Source: Calditrichia bacterium (GTDB lineage: Bacteria > Calditrichota > Calditrichia > RBG-13-44-9 > J075). From it: a DNA stretch of 64,000 nucleotides. The first letter of the stretch is position 1. Each line of letters begins with the position of its first letter. Of this stretch, positions 40,612-49,816 are shown one piece after another. The DNA lies in assembly GCA_050633245.1 (NCBI GenBank), contig JBOEGD010000012.1:96001-160000 (forward strand), written 5' to 3'. The position numbers and the translations under genes are program-made. The notes beneath the pieces were generated by a model. The model was given only the letters and a program-made list of their open reading frames with translations, had not been told where the DNA came from and did no database searches.

Positions 40612-41593
40612 GTTTCCGCAGGGCCTGATATTTGTGAACATACATGCGAAGAATATTTCTGCGCTTGTCATATTTGCGCCATCTATCGGCAAACTCGCTA
40701 AAGGCTTTATCACCGGACATGCGCGTCAGTAAATCCAGCTGTGTTCCGATCATACGAAAATACATAATAGTTGCCGGATCCAGCTTTGGGTAAAAAGGCT
40801 GATCGCAAAGATTATAGCGCAGCCAATAACCAAGATCGTAACGCGGCAAGAGCTTTTTCAACGCCTTGCACCCTTCATCAAAAAGGCGTTTCGCCTCCGA
40901 GTTTTTATCAACAGCGCGAACATAATCGTATAATCCAAACAAGGCAAAAATAGAACCATCCAGCACACCGGTAATAAAATGAGTTGGGTATTCCTCATAC
41001 AATGGGCCGGCATCAGTGAATGTCGTTACGCCTTTCTCGCCTGCCGATACATCATATATTTTCAATGCCGCTGTCGCCGATTGCAAATATTCCTCTCGGC
41101 CCGTCATCTGCCATGCGCGTAACAGAATAGAAATCGCCCGGCTTTGAGTAAATGCAGACGGCCACGCCTCCATCATGCGAAACTCGGGCTTCGGAACATG
41201 AGTCAACCAGAATTCCCCAAGACGTTCATCACTCTCTTTATTGTCAATAAACCAGTCGGCGATTTTTAAAAAGCGTTTCTTATCTTCATCACCGTTCGTC
41301 TTTAGGCAAGTATGAAATATTGCCAGACCAAATTGGCCAATCGAAATAGGGTAATAAACCAGCTTGCGTTCTTCCACATCGATGTAGGTGGGAATCATCG
41401 GAATGCCCTGATCATCAAAATGAAAATTCTGACTAACACCGGCACGCAGCTTTTCTTCATCCATAACGAAATAGTATTCGCGTAGCTCTTTGGACTGCAC
41501 GTCATCCGCCAGATCATATATGATCTTTTTTCGTCGCAGGTCCTTAAGCAACTTGCGCGACATAAAGCGTATTTTTTCGAGTTTTCCGGCCAT
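40598..41593 (-). CDS. D-glucuronyl C5-epimerase C-terminal-domain protein
   Basis: PISIGQFGL, WPSAFTQ..AIS.L.RA, YEEYP, VLDG.IFAL.GLYD, YDLGYW.RY.L. Confidence 0.82.
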   Translation of the reverse strand: MAGKLEKIRFMSRKLLKDLRRKKIIYDLADDVQSKELREYYFVMDEEKLRAGVSQNFHFDDQGIPMIPTYIDVEERKLVYYPISIGQFGLAIFHTCLKTNGDEDKKRFLKIADWFIDNKESDERLGEFWLTHVPKPEFRMMEAWPSAFTQSRAISILLRAWQMTGREEYLQSATAALKIYDVSAGEKGVTTFTDAGPLYEEYPTHFITGVLDGSIFALFGLYDYVRAVDKNSEAKRLFDEGCKALKKLLPRYDLGYWLRYNLCDQPFYPKLDPATIMYFRMIGTQLDLLTRMSGDKAFSEFADRWRKYDKRRNILRMYVHKYQALRKLNRL

Positions 41594-41600
41594 GTACAAT

Positions 41601-41754
41601 TGATGAGTTATGAATGATGGATGTTGAATTAAAGACAGGGGTCAGGAGTCAGGGGGCAGAAAATAAGCTGCCGTCTGTTAATTCCCGTCCTCTTTCTCAC
41701 GTTTGTTATCTGCCGTCTTTTATCTTACGTCTTTTCTCTGCCGTATGTCATCCG
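41601..41754. repeat. Heptamer-phased degenerate tandem repeat tract
   Basis: TGATGAG TTATGAA TGATGGA TGTTGAA; CAGGGGT CAGGAGT CAGGGGG; then six 14-nt units of type (C/A)CGTCTTTTATCTG starting at 41671; all in one 7-nt phase. Confidence 0.8.
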
Positions 41755-42452
41755 TCATTCACCAGCAGCCCCCGAGTCTCTTTACCACACATAAACAGAG
41801 CATCGACAATGGATAAGTGCGAGATAAAGTCACCCCAAAGCTGTGAATATTCGGGATGTTCAAACTTTGAATAAAGCAGCTTTATTCCGGCATCATCAAG
41901 CTGCTGTTCATTATTATATTCCCGACCACCACCAGTACCCGAAAGATAGGTATTGGCATCAACCTCACGGCAGATATCAATAATCAAATCGGTTTTCTGT
42001 CCAAAATCAGTAAGAATTTCCGAAAGACGAACACATTTAGTTTCAATATCCAAATAGCTTGCAACGGCCTGAATCAATCCAATATTCAAGTCGATAAAGC
42101 TGGGTTGCTGCTGGATTTCTTTTTCAACAAGCGCATACACTTCTTCAAAAAATGGAGCCTTCTTATAGCCCAATTCCAGAGTTTTCAAATGCTTTTTCTT
42201 CCACTTGTCTCCGGCAAAAGCCACTTCAGTGTACAAAGCCTTACCGTCTTTTCCACCAGGCACGCTAAGCGGAATCGTCAGAAAACTGGAGCCATTTGGC
42301 GTTTTAATACGATTTCGCGGAGAAAAACTTTGTCCACGCGGATACTGCACAACATCAAGCAAAACAAAGACATCACTATGCAACATTTTAGAAAAATAGC
42401 CCAACCAGGGAATATAATTCGCCTGATGCATTGCCATAACGGTGGAACTCAT
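41748..42452 (-). CDS. WbqC-like protein
   Basis: HQANYIPWLGYF.K...DVFV.LD.VQY, RNRIKT.NG, YLSG.GG.EY, LSIVDALF. Confidence 0.9.
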   Translation of the reverse strand: MSSTVMAMHQANYIPWLGYFSKMLHSDVFVLLDVVQYPRGQSFSPRNRIKTPNGSSFLTIPLSVPGGKDGKALYTEVAFAGDKWKKKHLKTLELGYKKAPFFEEVYALVEKEIQQQPSFIDLNIGLIQAVASYLDIETKCVRLSEILTDFGQKTDLIIDICREVDANTYLSGTGGGREYNNEQQLDDAGIKLLYSKFEHPEYSQLWGDFISHLSIVDALFMCGKETRGLLVNDG

Positions 42453-42469
42453 TTTATCAGCCTCATAAC

Positions 42470-43465
42470 TTATGGGTGAGTTTGGGCAAATTTATCCATC
42501 AATGTCTTAAATGCCTGACGTTCGTCAGGCCGATCCAAATAAGTACGAAAAGGAAAGCTTTCCGGCGGCGCTTGGGCCAGGGTTAGTTCATTTCCGCTAA
42601 ACTCCCTTGCTTTTTCCTGCACCGACTGCAATACAGACAGCGGATTCCCGGCAAGTTCTTCGTATCGGATCTTAATCGAACAGCCTGCATGTTTTTCAAC
42701 TTCTATTTGATAAAACCGCTGTAGGAAGTAAACCTGTCCGGCAATTTGCTCCATATAGTCGAGATCCTTAATCTCGTCGTACTCAATCGGCGTATAGCTC
42801 CACCAGGTATTCAGATCTGTATAATACTTTTTTCGCGCCTGCAAAATAGAGATCGCGCTATCAAGCGGATCTCGCTCAATATAGACATACACCACCCGAC
42901 CAAGTAATACCTTTAGTTTTTCAAGATGGTAGGAGCCAAAAATATTTTTGAATACCATCGGCTTACCAAACTCGTGCTGAATGCTGGACAATACACGGCG
43001 TACATGGGTCCAATCGATCGCACTTTCACGCTCACGAACCTGCGTTACATCACTCATGTTTTCTTTCTTTAGCAAATCTCGCCAAAAGTAACCAAACTCA
43101 TGGATGTCCTGAATCTCGGAGGTACGTGCATAGTCAGAATTAAAACTGCTGTAATTCCCGCTACCAAACATTGCCTTGGACAAACGAATACCGTGGATTG
43201 GCGCCAACCAGAAACGCGCGATAAGATTGTTAATATAGCCGCAATCGAGTGAAGCAGACAGTAATTGACTCAGCAATGTCGTTCCAGATCGCGGCGCACC
43301 AAAAATAAAAATGAACGGCTCTTCAATAGGATAATCCTGATAATACGCCTGTTCGCGATCGTACAGCGTCTTGTTCATTTCGAGGAAAAAATCCTCTGTC
43401 TCGGCAGCTTTAACGTAATTGCCTTGGCGCTTATCGTAAAAATCTTCCAGCGACTTGTCTGTCAT
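42470..43465 (-). CDS. PAPS-dependent sulfotransferase
   Basis: 5'-PSB motif FGAPRSGTTLL; 3'-PB motif IERDPLDSAIS; IRYEEL..P. Confidence 0.88.
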   Translation of the reverse strand: MTDKSLEDFYDKRQGNYVKAAETEDFFLEMNKTLYDREQAYYQDYPIEEPFIFIFGAPRSGTTLLSQLLSASLDCGYINNLIARFWLAPIHGIRLSKAMFGSGNYSSFNSDYARTSEIQDIHEFGYFWRDLLKKENMSDVTQVRERESAIDWTHVRRVLSSIQHEFGKPMVFKNIFGSYHLEKLKVLLGRVVYVYIERDPLDSAISILQARKKYYTDLNTWWSYTPIEYDEIKDLDYMEQIAGQVYFLQRFYQIEVEKHAGCSIKIRYEELAGNPLSVLQSVQEKAREFSGNELTLAQAPPESFPFRTYLDRPDERQAFKTLMDKFAQTHP

Positions 43466-43523
43466 TCGTACATCCTCATAAAATAAAAAGATCAGCTAAT
43501 AGCGGAATCAAAATGTCAAGCTG

Positions 43524-43548
43524 GCGCTTCGACTTCGCCTGGCGCAAC
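43524..43548. repeat. Degenerate single arm of the REP-like element
   Basis: GCGCTTCGACTTCGCCTGGCGCAAC resembles the CTTCGAC....CTCAG core at 26329. Confidence 0.35.
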
Positions 43549-43586
43549 AAAACCTCGCCATATATTTCCCATGCTTACAGATAAAA

Positions 43587-44228
43587 TTAAGTAATCAACC
43601 AGCGGATCATTTGAAAGGCTTCGGCATAGTGACTGCCGCTCTGCACGCCGCGAGTACGCGCCTGGCTCCGTACGAATTCTTCGTTTGCATAATTTCGACC
43701 CGCATTGATCTGAGATTGATAACAGGCAATCGAGTCTATTTTTGTACGAATGTGTTCTTCCTGCAAATGAACAAACGCATTTGTTGTCATCGTCAAATTA
43801 TTCCACGGCATCTCATAACCCAAAATACGCTTAAATTTAAAGGCTCTTAAGCCTTCCATATAAATCGTTTGATGGTCCTGATGCACGTCGCTACTTGAAG
43901 GGACGAATACCAAATCCGGATTAATCTCCTTGCGCATCTTCACCAACTCTTCCAGGATTTCCTGCCGGAATTGCGGGAAGTGGCGAACGCGAAATCTAAA
44001 GTTGATCAGATTCTCCGGAGCTATCCCCAGCACCTTACTGGCTGCCTTCACTTCATGTAATAGAATATCCTTCGGTAAACCTTCAGGAACCGACTCTTCA
44101 GCAATGGAAAAGGTGGCATAGAAGACTTCTTTACCTTCATCTAAAAACTTGGTAATTGTGCCGCCACAGCCAAACTCACCGTCATCGGTATGAGGCCCTA
44201 AAACCAAAACGCGCTTAACATCCTGCAT
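43587..44228 (-). CDS. PIG-L/LmbE family N-acetylglucosaminyl deacetylase
   Basis: LGPHTDDGEFGCGG, DVHQDH, YEMPWN, AEAF. Confidence 0.9.
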   Translation of the reverse strand: MQDVKRVLVLGPHTDDGEFGCGGTITKFLDEGKEVFYATFSIAEESVPEGLPKDILLHEVKAASKVLGIAPENLINFRFRVRHFPQFRQEILEELVKMRKEINPDLVFVPSSSDVHQDHQTIYMEGLRAFKFKRILGYEMPWNNLTMTTNAFVHLQEEHIRTKIDSIACYQSQINAGRNYANEEFVRSQARTRGVQSGSHYAEAFQMIRWLIT

Positions 44229-44231
44229 AGT

Positions 44232-45533
44232 TTATTCCTTTTTCAATTTCTTGTCACTCAACTCTTCGAACAAACGCGCAAGCTGACCGACCTGATACTC
44301 ACTTGTATAGAAAGCCAGATTTTCTTCATTAGCAAGTAACGTTGTTCCATTTGCCTGCCAATATGCATACCAACGCTGTAGAAAGCCGGCAATTCCGGGA
44401 ATATCGTCGTAGGTAAACAGCTCACCACTCGCTGTTTCCTTCAACATGTGTTGCGAAACGCTCGGCTTCACACCCAACGTTAAGATCGGCTTCCGCAGAG
44501 CCAGATAATCATATGTTTTTGCACCTACATTCTTATCGGCATAGGCACTTTGCGCGACCGGACGAAACAATAACGCACTTTTTTTTGCAAACTGCATTAG
44601 TTCACTATGCGCCATGTAGGGCAGCCGCTGAATGTCCAAATGGCTATAGGAATTAAATAGTTCATCAAACCCTTTGTAGGTCCGCCCGACAAAGCTGACG
44701 CTCACCTTGCCTTGCATTTCACTGGGAAGAGAATCGATCGACTTAAAAAGTGGCTCCGGATTTTGATAATTGCTAAGGCTTCCGATAAAAAGGATTGAGA
44801 ACGTGTCCACATCGGCAGTAATATCCTGCAGCGGTTCAAATCCATTCTGAATAACCTCATAGCGGTTTTCGGCCTTCTTTCCAAGCATATCTTTAACGCC
44901 TTCGCTTACTGTTATCACGGCATCTGCGGATTTCAGTACGCCTTTTTCCAGACGCGCATCAAGGACACTACTAAACCGGTTCTTTTTCAGGCTGGCCGAC
45001 CAAAAAGCCTCTGTCCATGGATCGCGGAAGTCTGCAACCCAGGGAACTCCGCTATGTTTCGCCAGTTTTTTTGCAATGAGCTGAACCGTATGCGGTGGAG
45101 AGGATGCGAATATCAGATCGATATTTTCTTCTTTTAGTATCCGCTTTCCTTCGTGTGTGGCCTTTGGAATCCAGCCAATTCGCGCATCCGGAATAAACAC
45201 ATTTGCACGCACCCAGGTAGCAATCTTGTTTTTGAGGCCGCCATTCTTATTCTCATTCAAGACGAAGGTTGGCAGCTTTTCACTATCTTGCTTCCCTGTT
45301 AGTTTCCGATAGATTTTGTAGGGCTCCAGAATTGAGGTGCGATAAACCCGACAACTTTCCGGAACCTTTTGCAACAGACTTTCATCCATCGCCGGATAGT
45401 CTCCATCCTCTACCGTCAATACGATGGGTTGCCATCCAAACTGTGGCAGCAGGCGTGCAAACTTCAACACTCGCTGAACTCCCGGACCGCCAGCGGGTGG
45501 CCAATAGTAGGTAATAATGAGCACTTTCTTCAT
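44232..45533 (-). CDS. Glycosyltransferase family 4
   Basis: VLIITYYWPPAGGPGVQR, FIPDAR.GW, SSPPH, WVADFRDPW, K.YDYL. Confidence 0.9.
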   Translation of the reverse strand: MKKVLIITYYWPPAGGPGVQRVLKFARLLPQFGWQPIVLTVEDGDYPAMDESLLQKVPESCRVYRTSILEPYKIYRKLTGKQDSEKLPTFVLNENKNGGLKNKIATWVRANVFIPDARIGWIPKATHEGKRILKEENIDLIFASSPPHTVQLIAKKLAKHSGVPWVADFRDPWTEAFWSASLKKNRFSSVLDARLEKGVLKSADAVITVSEGVKDMLGKKAENRYEVIQNGFEPLQDITADVDTFSILFIGSLSNYQNPEPLFKSIDSLPSEMQGKVSVSFVGRTYKGFDELFNSYSHLDIQRLPYMAHSELMQFAKKSALLFRPVAQSAYADKNVGAKTYDYLALRKPILTLGVKPSVSQHMLKETASGELFTYDDIPGIAGFLQRWYAYWQANGTTLLANEENLAFYTSEYQVGQLARLFEELSDKKLKKE

Positions 45534-45545
45534 CAGCAACGGCCT

Positions 45546-47486
45546 CTACTCAAAATAGGCCTCCAGTTCAAACTGCTTCTCTTCAAACTTATTACTGTTT
45601 AAATACATATCCTGCCAAATGCATAAACCAGTCAAAAGCCAAAGGTGAAAATAGTGCCAGCGCATCTTGGGATGCGGAGGAGTATCTAAAATTGCGCGAA
45701 TATAATCGTAATTGAAAATTCCGTCGCGCTCAACCCGCTTCTTTGTGAGAATGCGCTCTGCAGTCGGCTTAAGGTCTTTTTGAAACTGCAAATACGAATT
45801 AAAGGTGAATCCCCACTTCTTTTTTCGGATAATGCGTTCGGGTAAATAGGGAGTCATGGCCTTGCGCAGCAGGTATTTGGTTTGCGTACTACGCATCTTC
45901 ATTTTGGCAGGTATAGAAAATCCCAACTGAACCAAGTCCAGGTCGAGAAACGGGACGCGTTCTTCTACAGAGTTTGCCATAGACATACGGTCCTCTGTCA
46001 GCAGATAGTCATTCACCATCTTGCTCATAAACTCGGCATAGTAGACTTGCTCCAGTGCTGAACCACGCTTCTTATCGAATAATCCTTCGAACTCATTAAT
46101 AATCGGTTGGATATTTTCGCTTAGAAACCCCGGAGAATAAATCTGTTTCCAGTGCGACCGATCAAAATCCCAGGCATTGCGCAGTATTAAATAGGATTTT
46201 ACAACATTCCCCGCCGCCAGTCCCATTTGTACGCCTCTACGATATTCATCTGTCGAAAATGAGCCAAACTGCGTCTGAAGTGAATATGCCATTGAACTGA
46301 AGCGCGAAAGCACGTTTTTTTCCATTCCCGCAGGCACCAGCTTGTGAGAACTGTTTAGCAAATACATAAAGCGATGAATATCATATCCTGAAAAAAGCTC
46401 GTCACCACCAAGTCCTCCGAGAACGACCTTCACATGCTTCCCGACGAAGCGCGACATAAGGAAACCCTGTAGAAGGTTGATTTTTGGCTCTTCAGCATGC
46501 CAAATGACTTCCGGAAACAATCGCATCGGATTTAATTCCATCGTCAGTTCGTGATGATCGGTGTCGTAAAACTTGGCCGTTTCACGAGCATCATCCAGCT
46601 CATCGGTGGGTTCATTAAATCCCATCGTAAAGGTGCTAATATCCTCCACTCCACATTCGCGCATCATGGCAACGATAGAGCCGGAATCCATACCTCCGGA
46701 AAGGTAAACCCCCAGCGGCACATCGCTCATCAGTTGCCGCTTAACGGCGTGCTTAAGCACGTGAGGGATTTCTTCCAGCCAATCGTCTTCCGTACGGGAA
46801 TGATCAATCTTATATTCAAGCGTGAAAAACGGTCTCTTTTCCTGAATAATTCCATCTTCGACAATCATGTAGTGTGCCGGTGGTAATCGATAAATATCTT
46901 TAAATAGCGTTGCGCTGGATTGGGTGTAGCGAAGATTAACATGATAGTGCAGCGATTGCTTATTCAGCTCTCTGGGAACGTCCGGGTGCAGCAGAATACA
47001 CTTCTGCTCAGAGGCAAAAAGAAATCGTCCATTGTGAGCATAATAATGCAGTGGCTTAATCCCAAAATGGTCACGCGCGAGCACAAGTTTGTCTTTGCCA
47101 TCGCGTTTGTCGAGAATAGCAAATGCAAAAATACCGTTCAGGCGCGCAAAGGCATCCACCCCCTGGTCTTCGTAGAGGCGCAGCACAACTTCGGTATCGG
47201 AGGCCGTCTTGAATACATACCCGCGCTCGGTCAGCTCGTCGCGTAATTCCTGATAGTTATAGACTTCACCATTGTAAACGATGCAGAGATCGCGATTGGG
47301 AGTAAAAACCGGCTGATCGCCCGTAGCAAGATCGATAATGCTCAATCTGCGATGCCCCAGGCAAACATCACCATCCTGATGAACACTGAACGCATCGGGA
47401 CCGCGATGAGCAAGCAACTTTACCATGCGCTTAACCAGTGTTTGATTGTCGCTGCCGCGCTCAACTATTCCACAAATTCCACACAT
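45546..47486 (-). CDS. asnB: Asparagine synthase-like glutamine amidotransferase (polysaccharide-locus type)
   Basis: MCGICG, HRGPD, HRRLSIID, NGEVYN, ARDHFGIKPL, LSGGMDS, GGDELF.GY, RVPFLD. Confidence 0.93.
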   Translation of the reverse strand: MCGICGIVERGSDNQTLVKRMVKLLAHRGPDAFSVHQDGDVCLGHRRLSIIDLATGDQPVFTPNRDLCIVYNGEVYNYQELRDELTERGYVFKTASDTEVVLRLYEDQGVDAFARLNGIFAFAILDKRDGKDKLVLARDHFGIKPLHYYAHNGRFLFASEQKCILLHPDVPRELNKQSLHYHVNLRYTQSSATLFKDIYRLPPAHYMIVEDGIIQEKRPFFTLEYKIDHSRTEDDWLEEIPHVLKHAVKRQLMSDVPLGVYLSGGMDSGSIVAMMRECGVEDISTFTMGFNEPTDELDDARETAKFYDTDHHELTMELNPMRLFPEVIWHAEEPKINLLQGFLMSRFVGKHVKVVLGGLGGDELFSGYDIHRFMYLLNSSHKLVPAGMEKNVLSRFSSMAYSLQTQFGSFSTDEYRRGVQMGLAAGNVVKSYLILRNAWDFDRSHWKQIYSPGFLSENIQPIINEFEGLFDKKRGSALEQVYYAEFMSKMVNDYLLTEDRMSMANSVEERVPFLDLDLVQLGFSIPAKMKMRSTQTKYLLRKAMTPYLPERIIRKKKWGFTFNSYLQFQKDLKPTAERILTKKRVERDGIFNYDYIRAILDTPPHPKMRWHYFHLWLLTGLCIWQDMYLNSNKFEEKQFELEAYFE

Positions 47487-47545
47487 ATCTTTATCGATGT
47501 TCTTTGATTATCAAGCCTTCATATTGCGCTAATTTTCAAGCTGAT

Positions 47546-47839
47546 TCAAGCATTATTTCTTTGCTCTTCGGCGAACTCGACAGCCGCTTTATTTAATAGA
47601 CGATAAAGAGAATGATTGTAAATCGCATAAAAAATCGCCATAGAAATAGATAATGCCTAAAGCATGTCAATAATATGGTCGCGATATAAACACATCGCAA
47701 TAAAACGAAGCATCACCGAGAAGGCAACCAATACCACCTGAACTTCCTGGCGATTGATAACCGAATAGGTTGCGCCCACCGGAGAACTTAAAAAGCGAAA
47801 GAACATAACTGGCACAATAATGGCGATATAAATACCTGC
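47546..47839 (-). pseudogene. C-terminal relic of a Wzx-type polysaccharide flippase
   Basis: AGIYIAIIVPVMFFRFLSSPVGATYSVINRQE...IIDML*ALSISMAIFYAIYN..; internal TAG at 47657-47659; 5' part missing; not in ORF track. Confidence 0.7.
47565..47591 (-). promoter_or_regulatory. Sigma28 promoter candidate upstream of the asnB operon
   Basis: TAAAG-N14-GCCGAAGA; lies inside the wzx relic, so may be chance. Confidence 0.35.
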
Positions 47840-48062
47840 CTTGCCGCATCAAACAGATATTCTTCACGAGCACTTTGAAAAACCTCGGCAGAGAGATCAG
47901 GATTATCCGCAGCACCGTGTAGCTGCTTCGACCAGCGCAAAAACCGACCGGAGCTGCCAAGAAGTAGTTGTCGCAGAAATTGACTATTCATATTTTGTCC
48001 CGCCTGTCCGAGCAATTTTAATTAATGTTCCTATCGGAAACAAATTGTTCTTAGATTTGCAT

Positions 48063-49475
48063 ATGTACTCAGGTTACACCTATATCCTCAACATGTTCAA
48101 ACGGCTTTATCGCATTCCGCCGGAAATTGCTATTGGCTACGGCGATGAAGAAGCAACCATCAATATTATTCCCTGCGAAACAAATTATTTTGAACAACTT
48201 GCACCGTTCGATGCTTCAAATTGCGTAAAAAAACAGTGGCAAGATCGCGAATTACCTTTTCTATTCACCACGTCAGATGCCAATCCTATTTTGACCACAG
48301 ACTACAATAAAGTAGTTATTCACTATGACATTCTTGCATCCGCATTTTTTTTCATCAGCGGGTGGCAAGAAAGCGTTTATCACAGTCGCGTTCTGGCACC
48401 TCGTTATTCATATGTCGACAGCCTGCAGCACAAACTACAGATTACCGACATTCCGGTGGTAAATTATTATTTTGACATTCTGGCCAATGCAATAAGACAG
48501 CAATATAAGCTGCCGCAAGCTCCCTCACCATGGGGCAATGCCCCCTTTTCGATTTTTTTGAGCCACGACATCGATCACTGCTATTCCGGTTGGCTTCAGG
48601 ATGGGGCCCATACTCTGCGTAACGGTAACGTCCTCTCCGCATTGGGAATCGGATTACGCGCCGCCCGTGGACAACACAGCTGGTTTAACTTCAAACGAAT
48701 TATCGATGTTGAGGCGGCAAGACAAGCGCAGTCTACATTTTTCTTTATCGGCAGCAAGGGCAAGGTTTTTCTGGATCAGGCTGCTCTCGATAAAGCTGAT
48801 GTAAAGGCAGACTTGATCTCATTTTATTCCACCAATTCTGGTGGCGAAAAAAAGAAGCTGGAGAATGCAGACTACAATCTAAGCTCTGCGAAAATGCGCT
48901 CTGTTTGTCATTTTATCCGGGAAGCCGGGAGTGAAGTTGCAATGCATGGGGGGTTTACCAGCCATATTAACCCCGAGCTCTTTGCTCGAGAGATGCAGCA
49001 ATTTGATAAGACAATCAGTGGACATCGCTTTCACTATCTGTATTTCGAACACAACAAAACCCCGGCTCTTCTTGACTTTGCAAATATCGGCTATGACGCC
49101 ACATTAGGCTTTGCGGAAACACCTGGTTTTCGCAACGGGATTGTTCATCCATTTTACCCCTGGAACGCGGCAAAGCAACAACCACATCGCTTTCTGGAAA
49201 TCCCGCTAACAATTATGGACACAACTTTCCGCAGCTATACAAATACCCCAAAGGATGATATTCTCCCGATTGTAAAGCGGTTTTATGATGAAGCAGCAAG
49301 GTTTAATGGCTGTATCAGCGTACTGTGGCACAATAATTACTTTTCTGATTTCAAATATGCAGGCTGGCAAAAGGTTTACGAAGACATACTGGATGAAGGA
49401 CAATCGCGGGGGGCAATGCTGGCAAGCGGTGAACAAATTATGTCCAGGTATAAAAGTTACCTGACGGAGCGCTAA
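48063..49475 (+). CDS. Polysaccharide deacetylase family protein
   Basis: DILASAFFFISGWQE, LSHDID, STFFF, HRFHYL, YDATLGFAE.PGFRNG, EIPLTIMD, LWHNN; start uncertain. Confidence 0.85.
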   Translation: MYSGYTYILNMFKRLYRIPPEIAIGYGDEEATINIIPCETNYFEQLAPFDASNCVKKQWQDRELPFLFTTSDANPILTTDYNKVVIHYDILASAFFFISGWQESVYHSRVLAPRYSYVDSLQHKLQITDIPVVNYYFDILANAIRQQYKLPQAPSPWGNAPFSIFLSHDIDHCYSGWLQDGAHTLRNGNVLSALGIGLRAARGQHSWFNFKRIIDVEAARQAQSTFFFIGSKGKVFLDQAALDKADVKADLISFYSTNSGGEKKKLENADYNLSSAKMRSVCHFIREAGSEVAMHGGFTSHINPELFAREMQQFDKTISGHRFHYLYFEHNKTPALLDFANIGYDATLGFAETPGFRNGIVHPFYPWNAAKQQPHRFLEIPLTIMDTTFRSYTNTPKDDILPIVKRFYDEAARFNGCISVLWHNNYFSDFKYAGWQKVYEDILDEGQSRGAMLASGEQIMSRYKSYLTER

Positions 49476-49501
49476 AAAACACTCCGCCGGGCAAAAGCTA
49501 T

Positions 49502-49726
49502 CTATTTATCTGTTTCTGTTCCGGGCATATTCAATGCTGCACTTTTTTCTGGCAAAATTGCCCAGGCAATAAAATAGGTTATCAGCAGCGGAACAATGCC
49601 TGTCATAAAACACAGGGCAACGGTTGCAAGACGCAGCAGATTCGAGTCGAGATCAAAATATTCTCCAAGTCCGGCAATAACTCCACCGAGCTTGACATCA
49701 TCTCTTGAACGAGTTAAACGCTTCAT
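49502..49726 (-). CDS. PspC domain protein
   Basis: KRLTRS.DD.KLGGV.AGLGEYF..D..L.RL, Y..AW.I.P. Confidence 0.9.
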   Translation of the reverse strand: MKRLTRSRDDVKLGGVIAGLGEYFDLDSNLLRLATVALCFMTGIVPLLITYFIAWAILPEKSAALNMPGTETDK

Positions 49727-49816
49727 ATTTCCTCCTCACGCATAATTATATCCATGGACCACACCAGCCCATTCTACTTATATAAAACGTAAATCGGGTT
49801 AGAATGTTGCGTAATT

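Noticed and set aside
41601-41754. CRISPR-like array
   Set aside because: Units are 7-14 nt tandem with no unique spacers, and no cas genes are present
47667-48015. 97-aa and 75-aa minus-strand ORFs
   Set aside because: Better explained as alternative frames overlapping the wzx relic
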